DNA from: an uncultured Oscillospiraceae bacterium
GTDB taxonomy: Bacteria > Bacillota > Clostridia > Oscillospirales > UBA644
Assembly (NCBI GenBank): GCA_964448355.1
Contig: CAYUWC010000003.1
Span: 16,983 to 80,982 of the forward strand
Length of the DNA: 64,000 bases
Direction: 5' to 3'
In this document: positions 1 to 9,073 of the stretch, in pieces
How the letters are laid out: each line of letters starts with the position of its first letter
Numbering within the stretch: the first letter of the stretch is position 1
Program-made: the position numbers and the translations under genes
Notes under the pieces: generated by a model
Database searches by the model: none
Told to the model about the DNA's origin: nothing
What the model saw: only the letters and a program-made list of their open reading frames with translations

Positions 1-1544
1 AGGGCAAACACATAACCGTAAGGCGTGCCGCAAACGGTGAAAAAATGAACACTCTCGACGGTCAGGAGCGTATTCTCGACGGCGAGATGCTCGTTATAGC
101 CGACAGCAAAAAACCCATTGCCGCAGCCGGTGTTATGGGCGGGGAAAACAGCGAGATCAAGCCCGACACGACAACGATCGTGTTTGAAAGCGCGAACTTC
201 TTTGCGCCGTCCGTAAGAAAGACGTCCAAAAAGCTCGGCTTGCGCACCGAATCTTCCGCACGTTTTGAAAAAGGTCTCGACCCGAATCTTACCGCAGAGG
301 CTCTCGACAGGGCTTGCGAACTGATATGTATGCTCGGTGCCGGCGAGATCGTTGACGGAACGATCGATATTAACAATGCTCCTACCGATGTAAAAACAAT
401 ACCCCTCTGCTGCGACTGGATAAACAAATATCTTAACATCAACGCTTCGGAAGAAGAAATGACGGACATTCTCGTTCGTCTCGGCATGACGGTAGCAAAC
501 GGCTGCGTTACCGTTCCGTCGTTCCGTTCGGATATCGAAAACAAATATGATCTTGCCGAAGAGATCGCGAAGTTTTACGGTTACGACCGTATCGAACCGT
601 TGTTCTTCAAAGCGGATATCAGGTCCGGCGGTTTTACGGAAGAGCAGAAATTCGAAAATCGTCTCGGCGAAGCTCTCAGAAGTGCGGGACTTGACGAGAT
701 AATGACGTACTCGTTTGTAAGCCCGAAATGTTTCGACAAGATACGCATTCCCGAAGATGCGCCCGAAAGGCGTGTCATGAAGATCAAAAATCCGCTCGGA
801 GAAGACACTTCCGTTATGAGAACACGTGCATTGCCCTCAATGCTTGAAGTTCTTGCGAGAAACTACAATTACAGAAATCCCTACGCATATCTTTACGAGA
901 TCGCAACGGTGTACATCAAAAATGCCGACGAAAAGAAACTTCCCGACGAGAAGAAAGTTGTATGTTTCGGTTTTTACGGCGACGGCGGCGATTTTTACAC
1001 GCTCAAAGGTATCGTCGAATCGATCCTCGGTGCGATGAACACGAAGGAATGCGAATTTGTTCCGTGTAAAAACGATCCTTCGTATCATCCCGGACGTACT
1101 GCGGAAATATACGCCGACGGCGAAAGGATCGGCATTTTCGGTCAGATACATCCGCTCGTTGCGGCAAATTACGGTTTAAACTGCGAGGTTTACGCTGCGG
1201 AGATCCCGTTTGACGCATTGTATAAAGCGACGGCACCCGAAAAGACGTTTAAGCCGCTGCCGAAATTCCCTGCGGTAACAAGAGATCTTGCGCTTATTTG
1301 TAAAGACAGCACAAGCTCCGGCGAGATCGAAAAAGAGATCAAAGCTCTTGCCGGTCCGTGGCTTGAAAAGATCGAGATATTCGACGTATACAAAGGTGCG
1401 CAGGTCGCTCTCGGACACAAGAGCATAGCGTATGCACTCGTTCTCCGTGCCGAAGACAGAACTCTCGGCGAAAGCGATATCGAATCAGTTATGACCGATA
1501 TAATAAGCGGTCTTGAAAAGAAAGGCATTTATCTGAGAAGATAA
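1..1544 (+). CDS. pheT: Phenylalanine--tRNA ligase beta subunit, C-terminal part (5' end outside window)
   Basis: The frame stays open to the window edge upstream of Met45. The C-terminal region (IFDVYKGAQVALGHKSIAYALVLRAEDRTL) is typical of the PheT FDX-ACB domain. Confidence 0.9.
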   Translation, partial: GKHITVRRAANGEKMNTLDGQERILDGEMLVIADSKKPIAAAGVMGGENSEIKPDTTTIVFESANFFAPSVRKTSKKLGLRTESSARFEKGLDPNLTAEALDRACELICMLGAGEIVDGTIDINNAPTDVKTIPLCCDWINKYLNINASEEEMTDILVRLGMTVANGCVTVPSFRSDIENKYDLAEEIAKFYGYDRIEPLFFKADIRSGGFTEEQKFENRLGEALRSAGLDEIMTYSFVSPKCFDKIRIPEDAPERRVMKIKNPLGEDTSVMRTRALPSMLEVLARNYNYRNPYAYLYEIATVYIKNADEKKLPDEKKVVCFGFYGDGGDFYTLKGIVESILGAMNTKECEFVPCKNDPSYHPGRTAEIYADGERIGIFGQIHPLVAANYGLNCEVYAAEIPFDALYKATAPEKTFKPLPKFPAVTRDLALICKDSTSSGEIEKEIKALAGPWLEKIEIFDVYKGAQVALGHKSIAYALVLRAEDRTLGESDIESVMTDIISGLEKKGIYLRR

Positions 1545-1609
1545 TGACATAATATCTGTCCGATTTTACAAGAAAGGAAGCTTTCGGTTTTGAAAGCGAC
1601 GGTATAAGT

Positions 1610-1861
1610 ATGGACGACAACAGCACAATAACCTTTTCTCTCAAAACGAACAAAGACGATGAGATCAAAAAAACGCTTATTGCGATATACGACGCTTTTG
1701 TTGAAAAGGGCTACGACAACCCTATAAATCAGATCGTCGGATATATCCTTTCCGAAGATCCGACGTATATCACAAAGCATAACAATGCAAGAAATCTCGT
1801 TCGCCAGCTTGACAGAGACGAGCTTCTCGCAACTCTCGTCAAACACTACATCAATTCATAA
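1610..1861 (+). CDS. ireB: IreB family regulatory phosphoprotein (UPF0297)
   Basis: 83 aa. The motif GYDNPINQIVGYILSEDPTYITKHNNARNLVRQLDRDELL matches the UPF0297/IreB family. Confidence 0.85.
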   Translation: MDDNSTITFSLKTNKDDEIKKTLIAIYDAFVEKGYDNPINQIVGYILSEDPTYITKHNNARNLVRQLDRDELLATLVKHYINS

Positions 1862-1870
1862 GGAGTAAAG

Positions 1871-2407
1871 ATGGCACAAATAAACGACGTTTTTTACGAA
1901 CAACTTTATGCACGCAAAAAGACCGTTAAGGAATATTCGATACAGGCACTGATCTTTGTTATAACGATCGGGCTTGCGATGGCAAGCTTTATGCTTTGTA
2001 TCGCATATATTCAAAATTTCGGTTTTGTAATGGGTTCACTTTGTATCTTCATTATTGTTTATTTCGGTTATAAAACGTTTATGACACTTGATATCGAATA
2101 CGAATACATATATCTCAACGGCGAGATAGACGTTGACAAGATCGTGTGCAAAAGCGAAAGAAGCCGTCTTGTTACAGCTAAAGCCGTTAATTTCGAGCAG
2201 TTCGGCGAATATAACGAAGAAACAAAAGCAAAAGTAGACGCTTATTCGGTAAACAAACGTATCGACGTTCGTTCAAACAAAACCGAAAAGCTCTATTATG
2301 CGGTGTTCAACCATAAAGAGTACAAAAAAACCCTCCTTATTTTTGAACCCGACGACAGGATCCTCGAAGATCTCAAATATCGTATACCGAGGTCCGTATG
2401 GCATTAA
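1871..2407 (+). CDS. Hypothetical membrane protein
   Basis: 178-aa ORF with two hydrophobic segments (ALIFVITIGLAMASFMLCIAYI, VMGSLCIFIIVYFGY). It is tightly packed between ireB and nnrD. Confidence 0.6.
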   Translation: MAQINDVFYEQLYARKKTVKEYSIQALIFVITIGLAMASFMLCIAYIQNFGFVMGSLCIFIIVYFGYKTFMTLDIEYEYIYLNGEIDVDKIVCKSERSRLVTAKAVNFEQFGEYNEETKAKVDAYSVNKRIDVRSNKTEKLYYAVFNHKEYKKTLLIFEPDDRILEDLKYRIPRSVWH

Positions 2408-3207
2408 AAGCTGACGCAGATCTAATTAAAAACATTGTAAAAAAGCGCCCTCAAGATTCTCACAAGGGCACCTTCGGGGCGCTTGAGTTGTTTTGCGGTT
2501 CAACACATATGACAGGCGCGCCTTTCCTTGCCGCAACGGGAGCGCTGCGCTGCGGCGTGGGGCTTGTTTATATATCAAGCGGCAGATATGTCAGAAAGAT
2601 ATTGCAACAAAAGCTTGCGGAGCCTGTTTTTTGCGGAAAGAAAATATCCGAAAGAGCGACCGCATTTGTTATAGGCTGCGGCTCGGCTTCAAACGCAAAG
2701 TATGTTAAAACGTTGTTAAAACAAAGCAAACCGACCGTTATCGATGCGGACGCGATAACATATATTGCAAAGCATCGTGAGCTGTTAAAAAACAAAAATT
2801 GCGAAACTATCTTAACGCCGCACACGGTCGAAATGTCGAGATTAACGGGGCTTTCGCCGGAATATATAGAAAAAAACAAAGAGCTTTGCGCTGTAAACGC
2901 AGCAAAAGAGTTCAACTCCGTAATAGTTCTCAAAGGCCATGAAACACTCGTCGCGGCGCCGAACGGCAATGTTTATATAAACACGACCGGTAATTCGGGG
3001 CTGTCAAAAGGCGGCAGCGGAGATGTTCTTGCCGGGATGACGGGTGCATTTTTGGCGCAGGGATACACAAGCGAGCAGGCGGCGGTGCTGAGCGTATGGT
3101 TGCACGGCAAAGCAGCCGACGAGCTTGCCGAAAAGATATCGATGCACGGGCTTTTGCCGTCCGAGATACCGAAAGCGGCAGCCGAAATATTAAAAAGATT
3201 CGAATAA
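2398..3207 (+). CDS. nnrD: ADP-dependent NAD(P)H-hydrate dehydratase (YjeF C-terminal type)
   Basis: Has the motif GGSGDVLAGMTGAFLAQG and a carbohydrate-kinase-like fold signature. Its start overlaps the upstream stop codon. Confidence 0.85.
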   Translation: MALKADADLIKNIVKKRPQDSHKGTFGALELFCGSTHMTGAPFLAATGALRCGVGLVYISSGRYVRKILQQKLAEPVFCGKKISERATAFVIGCGSASNAKYVKTLLKQSKPTVIDADAITYIAKHRELLKNKNCETILTPHTVEMSRLTGLSPEYIEKNKELCAVNAAKEFNSVIVLKGHETLVAAPNGNVYINTTGNSGLSKGGSGDVLAGMTGAFLAQGYTSEQAAVLSVWLHGKAADELAEKISMHGLLPSEIPKAAAEILKRFE

Positions 3208-3288
3208 CTCGACGCTTTGAAGAATATAATCGGAATAGTTACGTACAATTATTCCGATTTGAAACATTATTCTTTAAGGCGAGCGAGA

Positions 3289-3822
3289 ATGATAAAAAAG
3301 ACCGTCACGGCAGCTGCGGCTGTTGTTTTTACACTTATTGCGCTGTCGGGCTGTTTTTCTTCCGGCGGCGAATTTTCCGACTGTCGGTTGCCGACAGCCG
3401 ACAGATTTGTTATAGAAGCAACGATAGTCGGGCAGTATGCATTCGATGCCGTAATAACGGAAAGTTATTCGGAATTTACGGGCACGTATCTGACAGAACC
3501 GATCCGTTACTGTGAGGGAGAGCTGACGTGCGACGGGCTTACGGTAAACATAGCCGCAAAAACGGGGGCGCTGTTTTCGCTTTCGGAATTGTTTTCTTCT
3601 CTTTTCGGAGGCGAATATAAAGATATGGACAGTGTTGAAACGTCGGATTCGTACGTGTTTAACACGATTATCGACGGTCAAAACATATCCGTTAAAACAG
3701 ACAAAGAAACGGGACTTCCGACTGTGTTCACCGTCGGAGAATATACAATAACAGTAAAAAATATTGAACTTTACCGGGACACGATAAATGGATCACACAC
3801 GCAGGACATGGGCGACGGTTGA
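3289..3822 (+). CDS. Hypothetical lipoprotein
   Basis: An internal Met gives MIKKTVTAAAAVVFTLIALSGC, a signal peptide plus lipobox. The longer ORF from 3217 has no signal logic. Confidence 0.6.
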   Translation: MIKKTVTAAAAVVFTLIALSGCFSSGGEFSDCRLPTADRFVIEATIVGQYAFDAVITESYSEFTGTYLTEPIRYCEGELTCDGLTVNIAAKTGALFSLSELFSSLFGGEYKDMDSVETSDSYVFNTIIDGQNISVKTDKETGLPTVFTVGEYTITVKNIELYRDTINGSHTQDMGDG

Positions 3823-4900
3823 TATTTCCGCCGCACGAGACAACATAAAAACGATACGAAACATCATCGGCAAGGACTGTGCGCTGATGTCTGTTGTTAA
3901 AGCAGACGCATACGGCCACGGAGCTGTTGAGATATCCAAAGCGATAAACGAGGAATCCGATTTTTTTGCCGTATCGAACATTGACGAAGCTATACAGCTG
4001 CGAAACGGCGGAATAACAAAGCCGATACTCATACTCGGTTACACACCTCCGCACTCGATGGAGCTTATTGCGAAATATAACGTAACGCAAACCGTTTTTT
4101 CTTACGAATACGGCAAAATGCTATCGAGCGCCGCCGAAAAGATCAAGAAAAAGATACGTGTTCACATAAAGATCGACACGGGTATGAACAGGATAGGGTT
4201 CAGCGCTCAGGACGAAGACATTCTTTGTATGTCGCTGCAAAAAATAAAAAAGCTCGCGAACGAAAGATTTCTCGAATTTGAAGGCATATTTACGCATTTT
4301 GCGGTCGCAGACGAACCGGAAGATCCGTTCACGGAAACGCAGTTTAAGCGTTTTATGAATTGCATCGAACTGCTTGAAAAAGACGGCATCAAGTTTAAGT
4401 ACCGTCATGCGGCAAACAGTGCCGCTATCTTGAATTTTCCGAAAATGAAGCTCGACATGGTCCGTCCCGGACTGATACTTTACGGAATAACGACAAATCG
4501 GCCCGACAATATAGGTCTTAAGCCCGTAATGGAATTAAAAACGACCGTCTCGTTTGTTCACGATCTCAAAAAGGGAGACACTGTAAGCTACGGGAGAATA
4601 TTTGTCGCCGACAAAAACATGAAGATCGCAACATTGCCGATAGGCTATGCGGACGGACTTTTCAGAGCGCTCTCCGAAAATATGAGCGTTATTATAAACG
4701 GTCAAAAAGCGCCGATCATCGGGCGGATCTGCATGGACCAATGTATGGCGGACGTTACGGGTCTTGATGTTAAAACAGAAGACGAAGTCATCATTTTCGG
4801 CAACGGCAAGAGCGTTTACGAACTTTCGGACGCTATTGACACGATCCCGTACGAGATAATCTGCGACATAGGCAAAAGAGTACCGCGAGTATATAAATAA
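3788..4900 (+). CDS. alr: Alanine racemase
   Basis: PLP-Lys motif VVKADAYGHGA and the Tyr region DTVSYGR. Length is 370 aa. Confidence 0.92.
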   Translation: MDHTRRTWATVDISAARDNIKTIRNIIGKDCALMSVVKADAYGHGAVEISKAINEESDFFAVSNIDEAIQLRNGGITKPILILGYTPPHSMELIAKYNVTQTVFSYEYGKMLSSAAEKIKKKIRVHIKIDTGMNRIGFSAQDEDILCMSLQKIKKLANERFLEFEGIFTHFAVADEPEDPFTETQFKRFMNCIELLEKDGIKFKYRHAANSAAILNFPKMKLDMVRPGLILYGITTNRPDNIGLKPVMELKTTVSFVHDLKKGDTVSYGRIFVADKNMKIATLPIGYADGLFRALSENMSVIINGQKAPIIGRICMDQCMADVTGLDVKTEDEVIIFGNGKSVYELSDAIDTIPYEIICDIGKRVPRVYK

Positions 4901-4903
4901 CAT

Positions 4904-4927
4904 ACGGCAGACTGCTTTGCCGTTTTT
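4904..4927 (+). terminator. Intrinsic terminator of alr
   Basis: Stem acggca/tgccgt followed by a T-run. Confidence 0.55.
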
Positions 4928-4973
4928 GGAAGCAAAACAGTGTTTTTCGTAAACAAAAATGCGTCGCTGCATA

Positions 4974-5020
4974 TAAAAAAACGCACATCTTTTCGATAGA
5001 ACATATCGCAAGATGTGCGT
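4974..5020 (-). terminator. Intrinsic terminator of the carAB-dapF-like operon
   Basis: 11-bp stem acgcacatctt/aagatgtgcgt. An A-run on the plus side gives a U-run on the minus-strand transcript. Confidence 0.7.
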
Positions 5021-5035
5021 TTGATTATTTTAAGG

Positions 5036-8000
5036 TCAAATAATTATTTCGCCGTCGAATATTTTGTTTGCGTCGCCCGTCATAAAAATGTTTTCGTCGG
5101 TGTAAGTAACTTTAAGATCGCCGTTAAACAGTTTTACGGTGATCTCCTCGCCCTTACGGCAAAAACCGTTTTCGCAAGCCGCAACGACAGCTGCGCATGC
5201 ACCCGTGCCGAACGAGCCTGTTTGACCGCAGCCGCGCTCCCAAGTACGTATCTTTATCGTTTTTTCATCGATTATCTGAACGAACTCGGCATTGATACGC
5301 TCCGGGAATTTTTCGTAATTTTCAAAGCACGGACCGATCTTTTGAACATCGAGCTTATCGACGTTTTTAACAAAAACTATACAGTGCGGGCCTTCGATAC
5401 CGACGCAGGTAATATTGTAATTTTCGTCGCCGATATTAACAAGGCGATCAACGACCTCTCCGCCGCTGAAATTAACGGGGATCGATGCAGGCGTAAGCGT
5501 AGCCTTGCCCATCTCGACACGTGCCGAAGATACCTCTTTGTTATGAACAAACAACTTGATCTTCTTTATGCCGCACACTGTCTCGACGGTAAGATCTTTT
5601 TTGTCCGTCATATGATTATCGTAAAGATATTTTCCCACGCATCTGACGGCATTGCCGAACATCTTGCTTTCACTGCCGTCTTTTTTGAACATACGTATCT
5701 TAACGTCTGCTTTGTCGGACGGGCATATAAGGACGACACCGTCGCCGCCGACGCCCGTATGTCTGTCGGAATAACGGACGGCAAGGCCTTCGGGGTTGTT
5801 TATTTTTTGATCAAAACAATTGAAATATATATAATCGTTTCCGCAGCCTTCCATTTTCGTAAAGCGAAGCTTCGTTCTTTCGGTACGCATTCTGTTGATA
5901 TCGACAAGCTCTATCGACATTTCGGAGTACTTACTCTTCAAGCTTTGCGCAAGCGCTCTTGCGGTATCGATCGATGTAAGGCACGGAATTGAGCGTTCGA
6001 CGGTCTTTCTTCTTATTTTAACGCTGTCTCTGGACGGAATACGACCTTTGGAAGATGTTGAAATAACATAATTTATCTTTCCGCTTTCAAGGAGCGTGAT
6101 GGTGTTTTCGTCGCTTTCGTGTATTTTATCGACGACGGTCACGGGTGTGCCGCCCTTGCTGATAACGTTTGCCGTTCCGCGTGTGGCATAGATCGAAAAA
6201 CCGAGATCACTGTAGCTCTTTGCGAGATCGGCGACTTCGGATTTATCGCTGTCACGAACGGTGATCATTACGCCTCTCGATCTTTTCATATTGTAGCCTG
6301 CGGCGATAAGACCCTTGTAAAGGCTTTCCTCCATCGTTCCGGCAATACCGAGAACTTCGCCGGTACTCTTCATTTCGGGACCGAGATGGTTATCGACATC
6401 GGCAAGTTTTTCAAACGAGAATACGGGGACTTTGACCGCAACATACGGAGACGAGGGATAAAGCCCCGTGCCGAAGCCCATATCTTTCAGTTTTTCTCCG
6501 AGCATAGCTCTCGTTGCCAGATCTACCATCGGAACGCCCGTAACTTTTGTTATATACGGAACGGTTCTTGACGAACGGGGATTTACCTCGATAACGTAAA
6601 GATCGTTTTCGTAAATAAGATACTGGATATTTATAAGGCCTCTTGTGTTAAGATCCACGGCAAGCTGTTTTGACGCAGACACTATCTTTTCCGTCAGTTC
6701 GTCGGAAACATTCCAAGCCGGGTACACTGCGATAGAGTCGCCGGAATGCACGCCTGTTCGCTCGATATGTTCCATAATACCGGGGATAAGAATATCCTCG
6801 CCGTCGCACACAGCATCGACTTCAAGCTCGATACCCATAAGATATTTATCGATAAGAACGGGATTTTCGATATTGTGCGACAAAATTATACTCATATATT
6901 CGACGATATCGCTCTCGCTAAACGCAATTATCATATTTTGACCGCCCAAAACATACGACGGACGCATCAAAACCGGATAGCCTATTTTTTGTGCGACCGC
7001 AAGTGCTTCTTCGGTCGTCATAACAGTATCGCCGACGGGGCGTTTGATATGATATTTTTCGAGAAGTGCGTCAAAACGTTCTCTGTCCTCGGCGGCATCG
7101 ATACTGTCGGCAGATGTGCCTATGATCTTCACACCCGCCTTATCGAGGAAATTCGTAAGTTTGATCGCTGTTTGTCCGCCGAAAGCGACAACTGCGCCGA
7201 ACGGTTTTTCCGTTTCGATAACGTTCATAACGTCTTCCGGTGTGAGCGGTTCGAAATACAGACGATCGGCAGTGTCAAAGTCGGTAGAAACGGTTTCGGG
7301 ATTGTTGTTTACAATAACGACCTCATAGCCGAGCTTTTTCAGCGATCGGCAGCAGTGTACGGACGCATAGTCGAACTCTATACCCTGACCGATACGAATG
7401 GGACCTGCGCCGAAAACAAGGACCGTCTTTTTATCGGTGGAATGTTCGTTTTTAAAGCGGAGAGCTTCGTTGTCGTCATCGTATGTCGAATAAAAATACG
7501 GCGTTTCGGCGGCAAATTCCGCAGCACACGTATCGACCATTTTAAACACGGCGGAGCGGTGGATATTAAGCTTTGTGCCGGTCAGCTGTTCGATAACGTG
7601 ATCGGGATAGCCGAGTTTTTTTGCTTCGAGATATTTTTCGTCATCGATACCCGACGCAAGTTCGGTTTCAAATTTTACAAGTTTAAGGAATTTGTTAAGG
7701 AACCATTTGTCGATCTTCGTTGCGGCATATACATCGTCAACGGATACGCCTCGCTTAAGCGCCTGATAAACAACAAAGAGACGTTCGTCGTCGCAATTGT
7801 TGAGCCGCTCACGGATCTCGGCGTCGGAAAGTACGGCAAGCTTGGGAGAATTAAGGCTCGACAGCGAGATCTCCGCGCCTCTGACGGCTTTCATTATCGC
7901 CTGTTCAAAACAAGTACCGATAGCCATTACTTCGCCCGTTGCTTTCATTTGCGTGCCGAGAGTACGTTTTGCGTAAACAAATTTGTCGAACGGCCACTTC

Positions 8001-9073
8001 GGTAATTTAACAACGATATAGTCGACCGTCGGCTCAAAACAAGCCGATGTTTTTTTAGTGATGGCGTTGGGTATTTCGTCAAGATTATAACCTACGGCTA
8101 TTTTTGACGCGACCTTTGCTATCGGATAACCCGTTGCTTTCGAAGCAAGTGCGGAAGAACGCGAAACACGGGGGTTGACTTCGATTACGGCGTATTCAAA
8201 GCTGTTGGGATTAAGCGCGAACTGAACGTTACAGCCGCCGTTGACTTTAAGTTCGGAAACGATGCTGAGAGCTGCGGTCTTGAGCATCATAAACTCTTTT
8301 GTCGCCAACGTGACCGCAGGAGCAACAACTATACTGTCTCCGGTATGAACGCCTACGGGGTCTACGTTTTCCATACTGCACACGGTAATAACGTTGCCGG
8401 CACTGTCGCGTATAACCTCAAATTCGATCTCTTTCCAACCGGACACACATTTTTCGACGAGGATCTGGTTTATGGGAGAAAGACGGATACCGTTTGACGC
8501 GATCTCGCGAAGCTGTTCTTCATCCTGTGCGATGCCGCCGCCGGTACCTCCGAGAGTGAATGCGGGGCGGATTATCAAGGGATAGCCTATTTCGCTCGCA
8601 AACTCTATTGCCGATTCGAGATCTGTAACGACTTTCGAAGGGATACAAGGCTGCCCTATTTTGAGCATTGTGTCTTTAAACAGCTGTCTGTCTTCGGCTT
8701 TATCTATAGTTTCGGGGTCCGCACCGAGAAGACGAACGCCCATTTTATCGAGAAAGCCCTCTTTTGCAAGCTGCATAGACAGGGTAAGCCCCGTTTGTCC
8801 GCCCAATGTTGACAACAGCGAATCCGGACGTTCTTTTTCGATTATTCTTTTAATAACAGGTATTGTGAGCGGCTCGATGTATATTCTGTCCGCCATTTCT
8901 TTATCCGTCATTATCGTTGCGGGATTTGAGTTAACAAGAACGACTTCTATACCCTCTTCTCTGAGCGCTCTGCAAGCCTGTGTTCCGGCATAGTCGAATT
9001 CCGCCGCCTGACCTATTACGATAGGTCCCGAACCTATAACGAGCGTCTTTTTTATCGATCTGTCAAGAGGCAT
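5036..9073 (-). CDS. carB: Carbamoyl-phosphate synthase large subunit fused in frame to a C-terminal DapF-like (diaminopimelate epimerase fold) module
   Basis: 1345 aa, against about 1070 for CarB. There are two ATP-grasp halves (GPIVIGQAAEFDYAGTQA and GPIRIGQGIEFDYASVH) and an MGS-like allosteric tail. The ORF then continues without a stop into KLRFTKMEGCGNDY...ERGCGQTGSFGTGACAA. Confidence 0.9.
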   Translation of the reverse strand: MPLDRSIKKTLVIGSGPIVIGQAAEFDYAGTQACRALREEGIEVVLVNSNPATIMTDKEMADRIYIEPLTIPVIKRIIEKERPDSLLSTLGGQTGLTLSMQLAKEGFLDKMGVRLLGADPETIDKAEDRQLFKDTMLKIGQPCIPSKVVTDLESAIEFASEIGYPLIIRPAFTLGGTGGGIAQDEEQLREIASNGIRLSPINQILVEKCVSGWKEIEFEVIRDSAGNVITVCSMENVDPVGVHTGDSIVVAPAVTLATKEFMMLKTAALSIVSELKVNGGCNVQFALNPNSFEYAVIEVNPRVSRSSALASKATGYPIAKVASKIAVGYNLDEIPNAITKKTSACFEPTVDYIVVKLPKWPFDKFVYAKRTLGTQMKATGEVMAIGTCFEQAIMKAVRGAEISLSSLNSPKLAVLSDAEIRERLNNCDDERLFVVYQALKRGVSVDDVYAATKIDKWFLNKFLKLVKFETELASGIDDEKYLEAKKLGYPDHVIEQLTGTKLNIHRSAVFKMVDTCAAEFAAETPYFYSTYDDDNEALRFKNEHSTDKKTVLVFGAGPIRIGQGIEFDYASVHCCRSLKKLGYEVVIVNNNPETVSTDFDTADRLYFEPLTPEDVMNVIETEKPFGAVVAFGGQTAIKLTNFLDKAGVKIIGTSADSIDAAEDRERFDALLEKYHIKRPVGDTVMTTEEALAVAQKIGYPVLMRPSYVLGGQNMIIAFSESDIVEYMSIILSHNIENPVLIDKYLMGIELEVDAVCDGEDILIPGIMEHIERTGVHSGDSIAVYPAWNVSDELTEKIVSASKQLAVDLNTRGLINIQYLIYENDLYVIEVNPRSSRTVPYITKVTGVPMVDLATRAMLGEKLKDMGFGTGLYPSSPYVAVKVPVFSFEKLADVDNHLGPEMKSTGEVLGIAGTMEESLYKGLIAAGYNMKRSRGVMITVRDSDKSEVADLAKSYSDLGFSIYATRGTANVISKGGTPVTVVDKIHESDENTITLLESGKINYVISTSSKGRIPSRDSVKIRRKTVERSIPCLTSIDTARALAQSLKSKYSEMSIELVDINRMRTERTKLRFTKMEGCGNDYIYFNCFDQKINNPEGLAVRYSDRHTGVGGDGVVLICPSDKADVKIRMFKKDGSESKMFGNAVRCVGKYLYDNHMTDKKDLTVETVCGIKKIKLFVHNKEVSSARVEMGKATLTPASIPVNFSGGEVVDRLVNIGDENYNITCVGIEGPHCIVFVKNVDKLDVQKIGPCFENYEKFPERINAEFVQIIDEKTIKIRTWERGCGQTGSFGTGACAAVVAACENGFCRKGEEITVKLFNGDLKVTYTDENIFMTGDANKIFDGEIII
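5039..5872 (-). other. DapF-like module (278 aa) of the CarB fusion; both catalytic Cys positions are Phe
   Basis: Aligns end to end with E. coli DapF (GNDF-like GNDY, NADGSE-like KKDGSE, ERGAGET-like ERGCGQT, GxGACA). Codons 5657-5659 and 5210-5212 read TTC on the coding strand where DapF has Cys73 and Cys217. Confidence 0.8.
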
